Shown here: positions 18,381-30,061 of the stretch, piece after piece
Position numbering within the stretch: position 1 is the first letter of the stretch
How the letters are laid out: the number at the start of each line of letters is the position of its first letter
From: Myxococcota bacterium
GTDB taxonomy: Bacteria; Myxococcota_A; Polyangia; Polyangiales; Houyiibacteriaceae
Length of the DNA stretch: 64,000 nt
Assembly: GCA_048623775.1 (NCBI GenBank)
Contig: JBMCXW010000005.1
Location: 6,533 to 70,532 of the forward strand
Direction: 5' to 3'
The notes under the pieces: model-generated
What the model was told of the DNA's origin: nothing
What the model saw: only the letters and a program-made list of their open reading frames with translations
Database searches by the model: none
Translations under genes and position numbers: made by a program

Positions 18381-19001
18381 ATGGAAAGACAGACGTTGCA
18401 GGCTGAGGTCCGCGAAGAGCGCGGAAAGGGGCCGGCGCGTCGGCTGCGCAAGCGCGGGCTCGTGCCGGCCGTGTTCTACGGCCCCGAGACCGAGCCCACG
18501 CCGATCGCCGTCTCCCCCAAGGACGTGGTGAAGGTGCTCCAGACCGAGTACGGCCGGAACACGGTGGTGAAGATCGCCCTCGACGGCGGCCGGGAGGAGC
18601 TGGTGATCTGCAAGGATCTCGAAGTGGATCCGGTCACTCGGGACATCCTCCACGTGGACTTCTACCGGGTCGAGCCGGGCCGCGAAGTCGAGGTCGAGGT
18701 GCCGTTCCGAACGAAGGGGCGCGCCGTGGGCGTGCAAAAGGGCGGCACCCTGCACGTGACCCTGCGTGTGCTTCCCGTGAGGTGCACGCCGGACAAGATC
18801 CCCGCTACCATCGAGGTCGACGTGGCCAAGATGGAGATCGGTGACGTCCTTCGGGTTCAGGACATCCCGCTCCCCGAGGGCGTGCAGGTCATGCGTGCAG
18901 GCCACCGGACGCTGGCGACCGTGATGGCGGAGGAGCGTCGTGCCGCCGACGATGCCGCCGAGGAGGCGGCCGGCGAGGGCGAGGCCCCGGCGGCGAGCTG
19001 A
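18381..19001 (+). CDS. rplY: 50S ribosomal protein L25 (CTC/TL5-type, two-domain)
   Basis: GKGPARRLRKRGLVPAVFYG, ILHVDFYRV, GVQKGG. Position between prs and pth. Confidence 0.96.
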   Translation: MERQTLQAEVREERGKGPARRLRKRGLVPAVFYGPETEPTPIAVSPKDVVKVLQTEYGRNTVVKIALDGGREELVICKDLEVDPVTRDILHVDFYRVEPGREVEVEVPFRTKGRAVGVQKGGTLHVTLRVLPVRCTPDKIPATIEVDVAKMEIGDVLRVQDIPLPEGVQVMRAGHRTLATVMAEERRAADDAAEEAAGEGEAPAAS

Positions 19002-19018
19002 CGCGGAAGGGCGCCACG

Positions 19019-19582
19019 GTGCACCTGGTCGCAGGGCTCGGGAACCCGGGGTCCAAGTACGCCATGAACCGCCACAACGTGGGGTTCATGGTGGTGGACC
19101 GTCTGGCGGAGCGAAGCCGGGCGGGTGCCTTTCGCGACAAGTTCAAGGGCAAGCTCGCCAAGGGCCGGCTGGGGGACACCCAGGTCGTCCTGCTCAAGCC
19201 CATGACCTACATGAACCTGAGCGGCGAATCGGTGGCGCCGGCCATGAAGTTCTTCAAGGTCCGGCTCGACCGGCTCGTGGTGGTGCACGACGAGCTGGAC
19301 CTGCCGTTCGGGGTGTTGCGCATCAAGGAGGGCGGCGGGACGGCCGGCCACAACGGCCTGCGGTCCATCGTCAAGCATTGCGGCGGCGGAGGGTTCGCGC
19401 GTCTGCGCATGGGCATCGGCCGGCCGAGCGGGAAGCAGCCCGTGGAGGCCTGGGTGCTCAGCGACTTCGATGTGTCGGAGCGGGCGGAGCTGGACGAGTT
19501 GCTCGACCGGGCGGCCGAGGCCCTGGAGGTGCTCCTCGTGGAGGGGGTCCGGGCCGCCATGAACCGATTCCACGCCCGGTGA
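19019..19582 (+). CDS. pth: Peptidyl-tRNA hydrolase
   Basis: LVAGLGNPG..Y...RHNVGF, KPMTYMNLSG, VHDELDL, GHNGLRS, RLRMGIGRP. Confidence 0.98.
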   Translation: MHLVAGLGNPGSKYAMNRHNVGFMVVDRLAERSRAGAFRDKFKGKLAKGRLGDTQVVLLKPMTYMNLSGESVAPAMKFFKVRLDRLVVVHDELDLPFGVLRIKEGGGTAGHNGLRSIVKHCGGGGFARLRMGIGRPSGKQPVEAWVLSDFDVSERAELDELLDRAAEALEVLLVEGVRAAMNRFHAR

Positions 19583-19675
19583 CGAGCCCCGTTGCGCACC
19601 GGCCGGGCATGGGCTAAATAGCCGGCCTTTCCTCGCTCCGGCGCGCCCGCCGGGGCCTTCGACCGAGAGGAAGCC

Positions 19676-20167
<492 letters not shown>

Positions 20168-20176
20168 AGGCGAGCC

Positions 20177-20572
20177 ATGAAGCTTCTGGACATCCCCGAA
20201 GAACGCATCCTTCTGGCCGAGCACGACGACGGCGGCGGTGGCGCCGACGGCGAGGTGGTGGACAGCAGCACCCCCGTCGAAAGCTCGGGCGCCGAGAAGG
20301 GCACCGTGGTCCGCGAGGGCAGCGCCGATGCCGATCCCCTCGGCATCCGCCGCCGCCGGGGCGGCAAGAAGCGGCCGCCGAACTTCACGACCGAGCCCGG
20401 GTTCGAGTTCGACTACAAGGATCCGCAGCAGCTCAGGTTCTTCATCACCGAGCGTGGCAAGATCGTTCCGCGGCGCATCAGCGGGCTGTCCGCCGCCCAG
20501 CAGCGGCGGCTGACGGTGGCGGTGAAGCGGGCGCGAAACGTGGCGCTTCTGCCCTTCACCGCCAACAAGTGA
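20177..20572 (+). CDS. rpsR: 30S ribosomal protein S18 (Cys-less, long acidic N-terminal extension)
   Basis: [25 protein letters not shown]...[19 protein letters not shown]. Between rpsF and rplI. Confidence 0.95.
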   Translation: MKLLDIPEERILLAEHDDGGGGADGEVVDSSTPVESSGAEKGTVVREGSADADPLGIRRRRGGKKRPPNFTTEPGFEFDYKDPQQLRFFITERGKIVPRRISGLSAAQQRRLTVAVKRARNVALLPFTANK

Positions 20573-20582
20573 GGCACCGGCC

Positions 20583-21050
20583 ATGGCATCGCACGTGCAA
20601 GTCGTTCTCACCGAGGATGTCCACAATTTGGGGCGCACCGGCGACGTGGTGAAGGTTCGTCCCGGGTATGCCCGCAACTTCCTGCTTCCGCGGGGCATGG
20701 CCATCGCGGCGACCCGAGGGAACATCGACCAGATCGAGCACGAAAAGCAGCAGGCGATCGCCCGGGCGGCCAAGCTGCGCGAGGACGCCCAGGGCATGGC
20801 CGAGGCGCTGGCGGAGGTCACCCTCCACATCTCCAAGAACGCTGGCGAAGGGGGCAAGCTCTTCGGCTCGGTGACCGTTCAGGAAGTGGCCGCGGCTCTC
20901 GTCGAGAAGGGTTACCAGGTGGATCGGCGCAAGATCCTCCTGCCGGGTGACCAGCCCATCAAGGAGCTGGGCACCCACGAGGTGCAGGTCAAGCTCGCCC
21001 CCACCGTCACCGCCACCTTCACGGTGGAGGTGACGGCCGCCGAGTCCTAG
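20583..21050 (+). CDS. rplI: 50S ribosomal protein L9
   Basis: LGRTGDVVKVRPGYARNFLLP, GKLFGSVT. Confidence 0.98.
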   Translation: MASHVQVVLTEDVHNLGRTGDVVKVRPGYARNFLLPRGMAIAATRGNIDQIEHEKQQAIARAAKLREDAQGMAEALAEVTLHISKNAGEGGKLFGSVTVQEVAAALVEKGYQVDRRKILLPGDQPIKELGTHEVQVKLAPTVTATFTVEVTAAES

Positions 21051-21190
21051 CATCGCCTCGACGGGTGGCGCTCGTCGTGTCGAGGCGCCCCGATGGGGCG
21101 TCGTCCGGCCCCGGGCGCCCGGGTGCGGACGGGTGGGATGAAACCCACCTTGATGCCGGACATGTGCTCGGGCACTCTCCGGTGGAGGCC

Positions 21191-22618
21191 GTGGCGTTGC
21201 GCGAAGCCAGGACGACGATCGAGAGGATGCGGACGGGGGATCGCGCCGGCGCCGGGGGGCGGGTGCCCCCCAACTCCCTCGAAGCGGAGCGGGCCGTGCT
21301 GGGGGGCATCCTGCTCCAGAACGACGCCATCAACGTCGTCACGGAGACCCTGAGCCCCGAGGACTTCTACAGCGAGGCGAACGCGACCATCTTCGAGTCG
21401 ATGGTCGCGCTCTTCTCGCGGGGGCAGCCCGTGGACGAGGTGACCCTGCGTGCCGAGCTCGCGGCCCGAGAAAAGCTGCAGGCGGTGGGCGGGGACGAAT
21501 ACCTGATCTCGCTGACGGACACGCTCCCGACGGTCAGCAACATCGAGAGCCACGCGCGCATCGTGCGGGAGAAGGCGGTCGTCCGGAAGCTCATCACCGC
21601 TTGCCACGAGATCGCCGCACGCGGGTACGGCGACTACGGCGAGATCGAGCACTTCCTGGACGATGCGGAAGGGGCCGTTTTCCAGGTGGCCAAGGAGCGG
21701 GCCCGCAACCCCTACGAGCACGTCAAGGACGTGGTCTATCGGGCCTTCCAGCAAATTCACGAGGCGGCGCAGCGGGACGAGCGGATCACCGGGCTGACCA
21801 CGGGCTTCGACGGGCTCGATCGCAAGACGGCGGGCCTGCACCCCGGCGAGCTGGTGATCGTCGCCGGGCGACCCGGGATGGGGAAGACGGCATTCGCCCT
21901 GAACCTGGCCGTGAACGCCTGCTCATCGAGGCGGGAGACGGTCGCCATCTTTTCGCTCGAAATGGCCAAGGAGGAGCTGGTTCGGCGCATGCTCGCCAGC
22001 GAGGCGAAGGTGGACGGGTCTCGCCTGCGCACCGGGCAGATCGCGCACGACGATTGGTCGCGTCTCGCGGAGGCGGCGGGTTTCTTGAGCGATCTTCCGG
22101 TCTGGATCGACGACACGCCGAGCATCTCCGTCCTCGAGTTGCGCGCCAAGGCGCGCCGCCTGCGGGCGGAGCAGGGCTTGGCGTGCGTCATCGTGGACTA
22201 CCTCCAGCTCATGCGATCCGGCAGCCGCAACGAGAGCCGGGAGCAGGAGATCAGCGAGATCAGCCGGTCGCTCAAGGCGCTCGCGAAGGAGCTGAGCGTG
22301 CCGGTGTTGGCGCTGTCTCAGCTCAATCGGGGGGTGGAGTCCCGCGGCAACAAGGACAAGCGGCCGCAACTCGCCGATCTCCGGGAGTCCGGCGCCATCG
22401 AGCAGGATGCGGACACCATCCTGTTCATCTACCGTGACGAGGTCTACAACAGGGAAGATCCGACCAACCGCGGTATCGCCGAGGTCATCGTCGGGAAGCA
22501 GCGTGCGGGGCCCACCGGTACGATACGAACGCGATTCTTCTCGGAGTACACCCGCTTCGACGACTTGGCCGAGGAGGAGTTCTACGGCGACCTCCCGCCC
22601 GAGGAGTTCGACGGCTGA
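21191..22618 (+). CDS. dnaB: Replicative DNA helicase (start uncertain: GTG 21191 has a GGAGG RBS)
   Basis: PPNSLEAERAVLG, IVAGRPGMGKTAF, FSLEM, VDYLQLM, LSQLNRGVE, DLRESGAIEQDAD. No intein evident. Confidence 0.97.
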   Translation: MALREARTTIERMRTGDRAGAGGRVPPNSLEAERAVLGGILLQNDAINVVTETLSPEDFYSEANATIFESMVALFSRGQPVDEVTLRAELAAREKLQAVGGDEYLISLTDTLPTVSNIESHARIVREKAVVRKLITACHEIAARGYGDYGEIEHFLDDAEGAVFQVAKERARNPYEHVKDVVYRAFQQIHEAAQRDERITGLTTGFDGLDRKTAGLHPGELVIVAGRPGMGKTAFALNLAVNACSSRRETVAIFSLEMAKEELVRRMLASEAKVDGSRLRTGQIAHDDWSRLAEAAGFLSDLPVWIDDTPSISVLELRAKARRLRAEQGLACVIVDYLQLMRSGSRNESREQEISEISRSLKALAKELSVPVLALSQLNRGVESRGNKDKRPQLADLRESGAIEQDADTILFIYRDEVYNREDPTNRGIAEVIVGKQRAGPTGTIRTRFFSEYTRFDDLAEEEFYGDLPPEEFDG

Positions 22619-22657
22619 GCACCGGGGTGCGGCCGGCGCTCGGAGCGGCGGTCGCGT

Positions 22658-24094
22658 TCAGAGCTGCTTCATCTCGTTGAGCAGGTCCTGTACGACCTTC
22701 TTGGCGTCGCCGAAGATCATCATGGTGTTGTCGAGCTCGAAGAGCGTGTTCTTGATGCCGGCGTAGCCTGCACCCAGGCTCCGCTTGACGACGAACACCG
22801 TGCGGGCGTTGTGCACTTCGAGGATCGGCATGCCGTAGATGGGGCTGGTCTTGTCCGTGGCGGCGGCAGGGTTCACCACGTCGTTGGCACCGATCACGAT
22901 GGCCACGTCCGTGTTCCGGAACTCCGGATTGATCTCGTCCATCTCGATGAGCTGCTCGTAGGGCACGTCGGCTTCGGCGAGCAGCACGTTCATGTGGCCG
23001 GGCATGCGGCCGGCCACCGGGTGAATGGCGTATCGGACCCGGGTGCCACGTTCCTGCAGGGCGTCGGCCAGCTCCTTGACCGCGTGCTGGGCTTGGGCGA
23101 CGGCCAGGCCGTAGCCGGGGACGAACACCACCGACTCGGCCGTCTCGAGGAGCATGGCCGCCTCCTCCGCTCCGCTCGACTTGACGTTCACGTACTCGCC
23201 GCCGCCGTCCGTCGCGCCGTCCTGCTGCCCGAAGCCGCCCACGAGCACGTTTGCGAGGGAGCGGTTCATCGCCACGCACATGATCTGCGTGAGGATGAGG
23301 CCCGCGGCGCCGACCATGGAGCCGGCGATGATCAGCAGGGGATTGCCGATGACGAACCCGGCTGCCGCGGCCGCGATACCCGAGTAGGAGTTGAGCAACG
23401 AGACCACCACCGGCATGTCGGCGCCGCCGATGGGGATGACGAGCAGGACGCCCAGGAGCAGCGCCACGCCCGTGAGCGACAGCACCGCCATCGTGGACGC
23501 TTCCACGTCCGCCGCACCGAATCCGAACCAGACCGCCGTGACGATGGCCGCTACCACGAGCAGCAGGTTGAGGGCATGCCGCCCCGGCAGCAGGATGGGC
23601 TGCCCCTTCTTGAGGCTGCCCTGGAGCTTCATGTAGGCGATGATGCTGCCGGTGAAGGTGACCGCGCCGACGAGCACCGAGAGCGCGATGGTCACCACCT
23701 GCACGTCGCCCATGATGGCGGCGGTGGTGCCTTCGGCGCCGGGCTCCACCACGTCACGCCAGAACACCGCCGTTGCGACCAAGGCGGAGGCGGCCCCGCC
23801 CGATCCGTTGAACAGGGCGACCATTTCCGGCATGGACGTCATCTCGACGCGCAGCGCGGCGATGGCGCCAATGAGGCCGCCCACCACGAAGCCGCCGAGG
23901 ATCCAGCGGTAGTCCACGAGCCCCAGCTCGAGCACCGTGCCGACCACCGCGAGGAGCATGGCGAACGCGGCGATGGCGTTGCCGCGCTGGGCGGTCCGCA
24001 CCTTGCTCAGCCGTTTCAGGCCGAAGATGAAGAGGACCGCCGACAGCAAGTAGATGAGCGGAACGAGGGTCGTCTGGACGATCTCGTTGGTCAT
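22658..24094 (-). CDS. pntB: NAD(P) transhydrogenase beta subunit
   Basis: MTSMPEMVALFN, IGGADMPVVVSLLNSYSG, VPGYGLAVAQAQ, HPVAGRMPGHMNVLLAEA. Confidence 0.98.
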   Translation of the reverse strand: MTNEIVQTTLVPLIYLLSAVLFIFGLKRLSKVRTAQRGNAIAAFAMLLAVVGTVLELGLVDYRWILGGFVVGGLIGAIAALRVEMTSMPEMVALFNGSGGAASALVATAVFWRDVVEPGAEGTTAAIMGDVQVVTIALSVLVGAVTFTGSIIAYMKLQGSLKKGQPILLPGRHALNLLLVVAAIVTAVWFGFGAADVEASTMAVLSLTGVALLLGVLLVIPIGGADMPVVVSLLNSYSGIAAAAAGFVIGNPLLIIAGSMVGAAGLILTQIMCVAMNRSLANVLVGGFGQQDGATDGGGEYVNVKSSGAEEAAMLLETAESVVFVPGYGLAVAQAQHAVKELADALQERGTRVRYAIHPVAGRMPGHMNVLLAEADVPYEQLIEMDEINPEFRNTDVAIVIGANDVVNPAAATDKTSPIYGMPILEVHNARTVFVVKRSLGAGYAGIKNTLFELDNTMMIFGDAKKVVQDLLNEMKQL

Positions 24095-24381
24095 CGCTTC
24101 TTCTTCCCGAACATTCGAAGCATGCGGTCGGTTACCAGGAAGCCGCCGACGACGTTGATCGTCGCGAGCGCGATGGCGGCGGTGCCGACGATGTTGCTGA
24201 TCGTGGGATCGGGGGTGGTGGCCGTCGCCAGCGCGCCGACGATGGTGATCCCACTGATCGCGTTGGCTCCGCTCATGAGGGGGGTGTGCAAGGTCGGTGG
24301 CACTTTCGTGATGACCTCGAAGCCCACGAAAGTGGCCAGGACCAGCACGTACAGTCCGACCAGCAAAGGTCCCAGCGTCAT
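24091..24381 (-). CDS. pntA: NAD(P) transhydrogenase alpha subunit, part 2 (membrane)
   Basis: VPPTLHTPLMSGANAISG, INVVGGFLVTDRMLRMF. Confidence 0.96.
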   Translation of the reverse strand: MTLGPLLVGLYVLVLATFVGFEVITKVPPTLHTPLMSGANAISGITIVGALATATTPDPTISNIVGTAAIALATINVVGGFLVTDRMLRMFGKKKR

Positions 24382-25538
24382 TGTGCGCCTCCCAGTGCGT
24401 TGCGGGTGGGCTCGTGGCGCACGTCCCCCTGGTGGGTGAGGAGCGCGCCGTCGGTGATCTCGTCTTCGAGATCGATGGAGAGCTCTCCCTCCGACAGGAG
24501 GTGCAGCATGACCGCCAGCACGTTGCGCGCGTACAGGGTGCTGGCGTCCCTCGGCATGCTCGCCGGTAGGTTCCTCCGGCCGACGATGAGCACGCCGTGC
24601 TCGACCACGTCCTTCCCCGGCTGAGAGAGCTCGCAGTTGCCGCCCTGCTCGACCGCCAGATCCACGATGACCGCGCCGTCGCGCATCCCCCGCACCATCT
24701 CCTCGGTGACGAGCTTGGGGGCGGGCTTGCCAGGCACCAGGGCGGTGGTGATCACCGCGTCGCAGCCGAGCACCCGCTGCTTCACGATCTCCTGCTGCTT
24801 CTGAAGGAACTCCTTGGAGACCTCCTTGGCATAGCCGCTCTCGTCCTCGCCGCCCTCCTCCAGGGGCACGTCGATGAACTTGCCCCCGAGCGATTCCACC
24901 TGTTCCTTGACCGCCGGGCGGATGTCGGAGACCTCCACGATGGCCCCGAGTCGCTTGGCCGTGGCGAGCGCCTGCAGGCCGGCCACGCCGGCTCCCATGA
25001 TGACCACCCGCGCGGGTTGGATCGTGCCCGCCGCCGTCGTGAGCAGCGGGAAGTACTTGTCCAGGTTCGCCGCCGCGAGAAGGGCCGCCTTGTAGCCGGC
25101 GATGGAGGCCTGCGACGACAGGGAGTCCATGCCCTGCGCCCGCGTGATGCGGGGAATGAGCTCCATCGCGAAGGCGCTCACCTTCCGGTCTCGCAGCTTG
25201 GCCACCACATCGAGATTGGCGTGCGGCGCCAGGTGGCCCACGAGCAGCGCCCCTTCCTTGAGGGCGTCCTGCTCGTGCACGCCCAGGGCATCGTTGGGCG
25301 TGGGGGCGCCGACCTTCAGGACCACGTCCGCCTCGCGGAAGGCGCTGGCCGCCTCGCCGCCCTGGACGACGCGCGCGCCGGCATCCTGGTAGGCCGCGTC
25401 GGCCAGATGGGAGGCGGCGCCCGCGCCGGCCTCCACCGCGACCTCCAGCCCCTCCTTGACCAGCCGCTTGACGGTCTCGGGGACGGCCGCCACGCGCGTC
25501 TCGCCGTCGCCCCGCTCCTTCGGAACGAAGACCTTCAT
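24378..25538 (-). CDS. pntA: NAD(P) transhydrogenase alpha subunit, part 1 (dI)
   Basis: MKVFVPKE...ETRVAAVP, IPRITRAQGMDSLSSQ, GAGVAGLQA, DLAVEQGGNC. Confidence 0.96.
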   Translation of the reverse strand: MKVFVPKERGDGETRVAAVPETVKRLVKEGLEVAVEAGAGAASHLADAAYQDAGARVVQGGEAASAFREADVVLKVGAPTPNDALGVHEQDALKEGALLVGHLAPHANLDVVAKLRDRKVSAFAMELIPRITRAQGMDSLSSQASIAGYKAALLAAANLDKYFPLLTTAAGTIQPARVVIMGAGVAGLQALATAKRLGAIVEVSDIRPAVKEQVESLGGKFIDVPLEEGGEDESGYAKEVSKEFLQKQQEIVKQRVLGCDAVITTALVPGKPAPKLVTEEMVRGMRDGAVIVDLAVEQGGNCELSQPGKDVVEHGVLIVGRRNLPASMPRDASTLYARNVLAVMLHLLSEGELSIDLEDEITDGALLTHQGDVRHEPTRNALGGAQ

Positions 25539-25605
25539 GCTCCCCTCGGATTCGGCATGGGCCCCGTCCCTAGCCGAGATCCGTCCAATCTGCAACGTCG
25601 CGCCC

Positions 25606-28600
25606 TCAGGGCTCCCACATCACGTCGGCGGACCACGCCTGTGGTGGCTCGAAGGTCACGGTTCCCGTGATGTCGCGCGGAAAGCGGAACTCCACCAGGA
25701 ATCCGCCGGAGGTGCCGTCCCCCTGGGCCTGCGTCGAATCGCCGCCGGAGGTGACGAAGCCTTCCACGTACGCTCCTTCGATCACGTCGTCGAGGAAATC
25801 CGGGATGAGCTGGTCCGCGTCGATGCCGGCTCGCACGGTGCCCGTGCCGGTTTGGTCCCCCGCTTCCACCGAGATCACGGGGAAAACGTCCCCGAGCTCC
25901 CGTCGCAGGGTCGTCGTCAGGATGCCCGCCGTGATGCCCGACACGACCGACGCGGCCTGCGACGCCAGCCCCTGCTCCCCCGCGCCGCCTTCGCGGCCGC
26001 CGAGCAGGAGCGCGACGGCCTCCGACATGGTGGTCACGTCGCCGCTGGTGGACGAGAAGCTGAGCTGCGGATCCGACACGTTGCCCGAGATCTGGATCAT
26101 GAGCTCTTCTCCGCCACCCAGGTCGTACGTCGCCGCCAGCTCCACGACGGGGTCCACCTCCGCGCCGCCAGTGAACTCGATGTGGCCTTCCTCGAGGTCG
26201 AACCGCTTGCCGACGAGCTCGAACCACCCGCGGATGAGCTTCACCCGGCCGGAAATGGTCGTTTGCTCGGCGGAGCGCACCTGCAGCCGCGCTTCGAGCT
26301 GCGCCGCCATGTCCGGCCGGCGCACCCACATCGGGTTGGCGGTGCGCACGTCGATCAGGAGCTCGTAGGGATCCTCGACCGCCGCGTCCTCTCCGGTTTC
26401 GGTCGCCTCCATTTCGCGCCCTGCGAGCACCACGTCCGGATGGTCTTCGAGGGATTGCACCTGCGGGACGTCGAGCCCTTCGAGCTCCACACGCATTTCG
26501 TCGATCACCACGCGGGCGCGGCCTGCCTCGTCTCCCAGGCGCAAATCCGCCCGGGTGCGGGTGCCGACGCGGGCGATGACCAGGCCCGCCCTGCGGACCG
26601 GAAACTGGCTTGCTTCGATCTGCACCTCGCCCCGCCGCGGCACGAGGCCCTCCATGGCGAGCCGCCCGTCCAGGACGACCGTGCCGCCCCGGTCGTGCGC
26701 ACGAAGCCCGTCCATCCGGATCGTCTGTCCTTCGAACGCGAGGCGGCCGCGGACCTCCTCGAGGCGGTTGCCCGACTCCAGCAGGGACACCGTCACGTCC
26801 TCGAGGCGGATGCCACCGTCGAACCGCACGTCGCGGCCCGCCCCCCGCACGACGACGCGGCCGTCCACCACGCCCGACGCGTAGCCCACCCCCGGCACCG
26901 GTGCGAGCAACGGTCCGAGGGGTGTGCGGTGGAGATCCACGTCGGCGCGCAGGGGGGCACCGTCGCGAAGCGCGGGGATCGGGTGCTGGTCACCCCAGTG
27001 AATGGGCACGACGGCCTTCACCCGGGCGCCCTCGTCGCCCCGCTGGGCATCGAGCGACAGGTCCGCACGAAGGTGCTCGGTGCCGGCGGTCGCTTGCAGG
27101 TCGAGCCGCATCGGCGGAGCGTCCATGGCGACGACGTCGGCCGAGTGGGCCGCGAGCTCGGCCGCCGGCTCGGCCGTGAACAGCCCCGTCGCATCGAGCT
27201 GGGCGGACAGCTCGCCGGAGGCGTAGCGGCAGACCTCGGGCACCGCCTGCAAGTCCGCTTCCACCAATCGCACGCGCGCATCCACCGGGGGCGGCGCGGC
27301 GGGCAGCCCTTCCTCGATCCAGGCATCCACGGCGACGGGCGCCCGGGCCTCGGCCCGGAGCACTTCCGTGCCGTGCAGGTAGCCCCGAACCCGCGTCTCC
27401 GCCCGTCCGTTTCGGAGCCGTCCCTCGAGGGTCAGCCGGGGTTCGGCGTCGCCGGTGCACCGGTCCGCATCCAGGCCGGCCTGGGCCACCGGCTCGAGCC
27501 AGGTGAGCGCGCCGTCGAGATCCGCCCGGATCGGCCGCCCCGGACGGCCCACGAGATGTGCCGTCACCCATGCGCTGGCGGGCAGGTCCGTGGCCGACGC
27601 GAGGGGAGCAGGAAGCCGGTCCAACCGCTGCGGTGGAATGCGGGCGTGGATCTCCCAGGGGGCCTGCAGCATTCGATCGGCGAGGGCGTCGGGCTCCCGA
27701 AGGAGGGCCATCAGATCCACGTTCGCCTCGGCCGCCACGACCGCCAGGTCGCCCTCCTCCCCCCAGGCGTGCAGGCGGGCCTCCGCCTTCGTGTCTTCGT
27801 AGGTGGCGTCCAGCTCGACGGCCAGCGGGCCGCCGCTGCCCGGGGTTCGGATGCTCGCGTTGACCGCTACGCGCTCCTCGCGCGGGTTCCAAAGCGCGTA
27901 CAGCCCTCCCGTCTCGATGGGCACCCGATCGACTCGACCGTCCGTCCAGCCGCCCTCGACCACGATTTCCGGAAGGTCGGCGTCGCCCTCGGCCGTCGCC
28001 ATGAGATCCACCTGCCCCTCCACCGGGAGATCCGGCACCTCGGGGATGGCATCGAGGAGCGCCAGGTCCATCCGCTGCACCATCACGGAGGCCGCCACCT
28101 GAGGGTCGGGGCCGAGGCCGTAGGAGCCCTCGACCTGCAGGCGCTGTGGGCCGCTGGCGAGCACGAGCCGCGCCACTTCCACCTTCCGGTCGGGCATGAA
28201 AACCAATCGCTCGATGTCTCCCCGCCACGTCTGGTCCGCGACGCCCACTGCGAGCAGGTCCGCATCGAGGACGTACCCGCCCCCGGCGGCGCGGACCCGG
28301 CCGTCGAGCCGGACGTTCCGCTCCCCCGGCGCGTCCACCCCGAGATGGATCCGATACCGCCGCGGTCCCCCGCGCGCGGCCACGGTCACGTCGCCCAGAT
28401 CGAGATCCGGCATCCGCAGCTTCGCCGCGGTGACCTCCGCATCCACCCGCGGCTCTGCCGGATCGCCGCGCACGCGTCCCCTCACGTGCAGCCGCGATGC
28501 CCGGACGTCCGCGATGCGGGCACCGGTCAGCACCACCTCCCCGTGCGCCCGAATTCGTGGATCCGGATCCTGCCGGTAGCGCAGGTTCAGGTCGGTCCGG

Positions 28601-29928
28601 AGCGCTCCGCCCAGGCCAGGTGCGAGCCGGCGCAGGTTGGGTTCCTGGGCGAGATCCGGGATGTGCGCGCGCACCGCGAGGTCGGCGTCGCCATCGAAGC
28701 CGACGCGGCCCTGGACGTCGAGCTGGCCGTCGAGGTAGGGCGCGGCCAGCTCCCGAATCCGCACGTGGTCCTCCGCCACCTGTGCCCCGAGGCGAAGCGA
28801 CGGGATCCGGTAGTCGTCGACCGCGACCGACGTGGCGTCGATGGTCACCTCCCGAGGTGCCTCGTCGAGGGGCACCACCTCCGCCCGAGCTTCGCCGCCG
28901 ACCCGCATGGGTGGCCCATCCGAGACGATGCGGTCGAGCGCCAAGCCGGGGGTTCGTACGGTCGCTTCCAGATGACGCATGCCCGTCACCCGGGCCCGCA
29001 GTCGCACGGGGCCTCCGTCGGTCGCGAGATCCGCCCGGGCGGTCAGGTCCTGCGGGCTGCCGCGGACGGCGATGGATCCACGGACGTCGGTGGCCAGGGA
29101 CGCGGCGGCGTCCCCCAGGCCCGCCCGCCGGAGCGTGGCGGGGGAGAGCGGGTCGAGCCGCAGGAGGGCGTCCACCGAAGGCCCTTCGGGTTCGCCGGAG
29201 GCCGGTTCGAGGACGGTGGTACCCGCCAGCGCCAGACGGTCGCCGCCCGAGAGCAGCTCGAGCTGGAGCTCGGACTCGGCGCCCGGCGGCGTCCGGAGAT
29301 CCCCCCGGAGGCTGGCGAGCCGGGCCACCTCCTTCCCTTCGTGCACCACCGTGGCGCGCCCCTCCGGCACGCGCAGAAACGTATGTCCGTCCTCGACGCG
29401 CACGTCTGCGCGAAGCGCGATCGCCCGGAGGCCCACCGGTGCCATCGAGGTGTGCAGCGCCATCCCCTCCGCGCGAAAGCCGTCCACCACCACCGTGGGG
29501 CCGGGCATCTCCGTGTCCTCGGAGGGCTCGGCGGGGTCGAACGCCCGCACCAGGCTCAGGTCCCCGTCGGGCGTCGAATGCAGCCGGATCGACCCGTCGA
29601 CGATCCGCACGTCCTCGATGCGGATCACGCCCCGGAGGATGGACCACAGGTCGGGCCGGGCAGCGACGGTGGCGGCCTCGATCACGACGCGCCCCTGCGG
29701 GTCGCGCACGCGCACGTCCTCGAGGCGAATGTGCCGGGGGCCGAGGCGCGCCACGCGACCCACCTCGATGCGGCCGACCAGGCCCGCATTGACGAGATCG
29801 AGGGCGTGATCCCGTGCCACCTCGCGCGCGCGATCCGTATGAAGGTGCCCGACGACGCTCGCCACGAGCGCCGCCGCCCCGACCAGGATCCAGGCCAGGG
29901 TCGCGAAAAAGCTGCGGACCACGCGCAC
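25606..29928 (-). CDS. tamB: Translocation and assembly module TamB (AsmA-like) protein
   Basis: 1440 aa with an N-terminal TM anchor and beta-taco-like repeats. C-terminal DUF490-like region ([19 protein letters not shown]...DP.VEL.A; [14 protein letters not shown]). Confidence 0.85.
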   Translation of the reverse strand: MRVVRSFFATLAWILVGAAALVASVVGHLHTDRAREVARDHALDLVNAGLVGRIEVGRVARLGPRHIRLEDVRVRDPQGRVVIEAATVAARPDLWSILRGVIRIEDVRIVDGSIRLHSTPDGDLSLVRAFDPAEPSEDTEMPGPTVVVDGFRAEGMALHTSMAPVGLRAIALRADVRVEDGHTFLRVPEGRATVVHEGKEVARLASLRGDLRTPPGAESELQLELLSGGDRLALAGTTVLEPASGEPEGPSVDALLRLDPLSPATLRRAGLGDAAASLATDVRGSIAVRGSPQDLTARADLATDGGPVRLRARVTGMRHLEATVRTPGLALDRIVSDGPPMRVGGEARAEVVPLDEAPREVTIDATSVAVDDYRIPSLRLGAQVAEDHVRIRELAAPYLDGQLDVQGRVGFDGDADLAVRAHIPDLAQEPNLRRLAPGLGGALRTDLNLRYRQDPDPRIRAHGEVVLTGARIADVRASRLHVRGRVRGDPAEPRVDAEVTAAKLRMPDLDLGDVTVAARGGPRRYRIHLGVDAPGERNVRLDGRVRAAGGGYVLDADLLAVGVADQTWRGDIERLVFMPDRKVEVARLVLASGPQRLQVEGSYGLGPDPQVAASVMVQRMDLALLDAIPEVPDLPVEGQVDLMATAEGDADLPEIVVEGGWTDGRVDRVPIETGGLYALWNPREERVAVNASIRTPGSGGPLAVELDATYEDTKAEARLHAWGEEGDLAVVAAEANVDLMALLREPDALADRMLQAPWEIHARIPPQRLDRLPAPLASATDLPASAWVTAHLVGRPGRPIRADLDGALTWLEPVAQAGLDADRCTGDAEPRLTLEGRLRNGRAETRVRGYLHGTEVLRAEARAPVAVDAWIEEGLPAAPPPVDARVRLVEADLQAVPEVCRYASGELSAQLDATGLFTAEPAAELAAHSADVVAMDAPPMRLDLQATAGTEHLRADLSLDAQRGDEGARVKAVVPIHWGDQHPIPALRDGAPLRADVDLHRTPLGPLLAPVPGVGYASGVVDGRVVVRGAGRDVRFDGGIRLEDVTVSLLESGNRLEEVRGRLAFEGQTIRMDGLRAHDRGGTVVLDGRLAMEGLVPRRGEVQIEASQFPVRRAGLVIARVGTRTRADLRLGDEAGRARVVIDEMRVELEGLDVPQVQSLEDHPDVVLAGREMEATETGEDAAVEDPYELLIDVRTANPMWVRRPDMAAQLEARLQVRSAEQTTISGRVKLIRGWFELVGKRFDLEEGHIEFTGGAEVDPVVELAATYDLGGGEELMIQISGNVSDPQLSFSSTSGDVTTMSEAVALLLGGREGGAGEQGLASQAASVVSGITAGILTTTLRRELGDVFPVISVEAGDQTGTGTVRAGIDADQLIPDFLDDVIEGAYVEGFVTSGGDSTQAQGDGTSGGFLVEFRFPRDITGTVTFEPPQAWSADVMWEP

Positions 29929-30061
29929 TTGTCCTGCCGCCGAACCTAACCATGCGCCTCCGCCTCCGCAGAGGGCGGGTGGCGAGGGAAACGTGCTGGC
30001 GGATGGTCATGGCGGAGCGGAGGGGGCCCTGCTAGAAAGGGCGCGCCCAGGAGGTCCCCCC

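Noticed and set aside
21051-22618. Intein or extra domain in DnaB
   Set aside because: Length and motif spacing are normal. The 517-aa ORF-track version merely uses an upstream GTG.
25456-29949. 1497-aa + strand ORF
   Set aside because: Antisense shadow of tamB. The same applies to 39766-42882, 55771-58353 and other long Arg/Pro/Ala-rich alternative frames.
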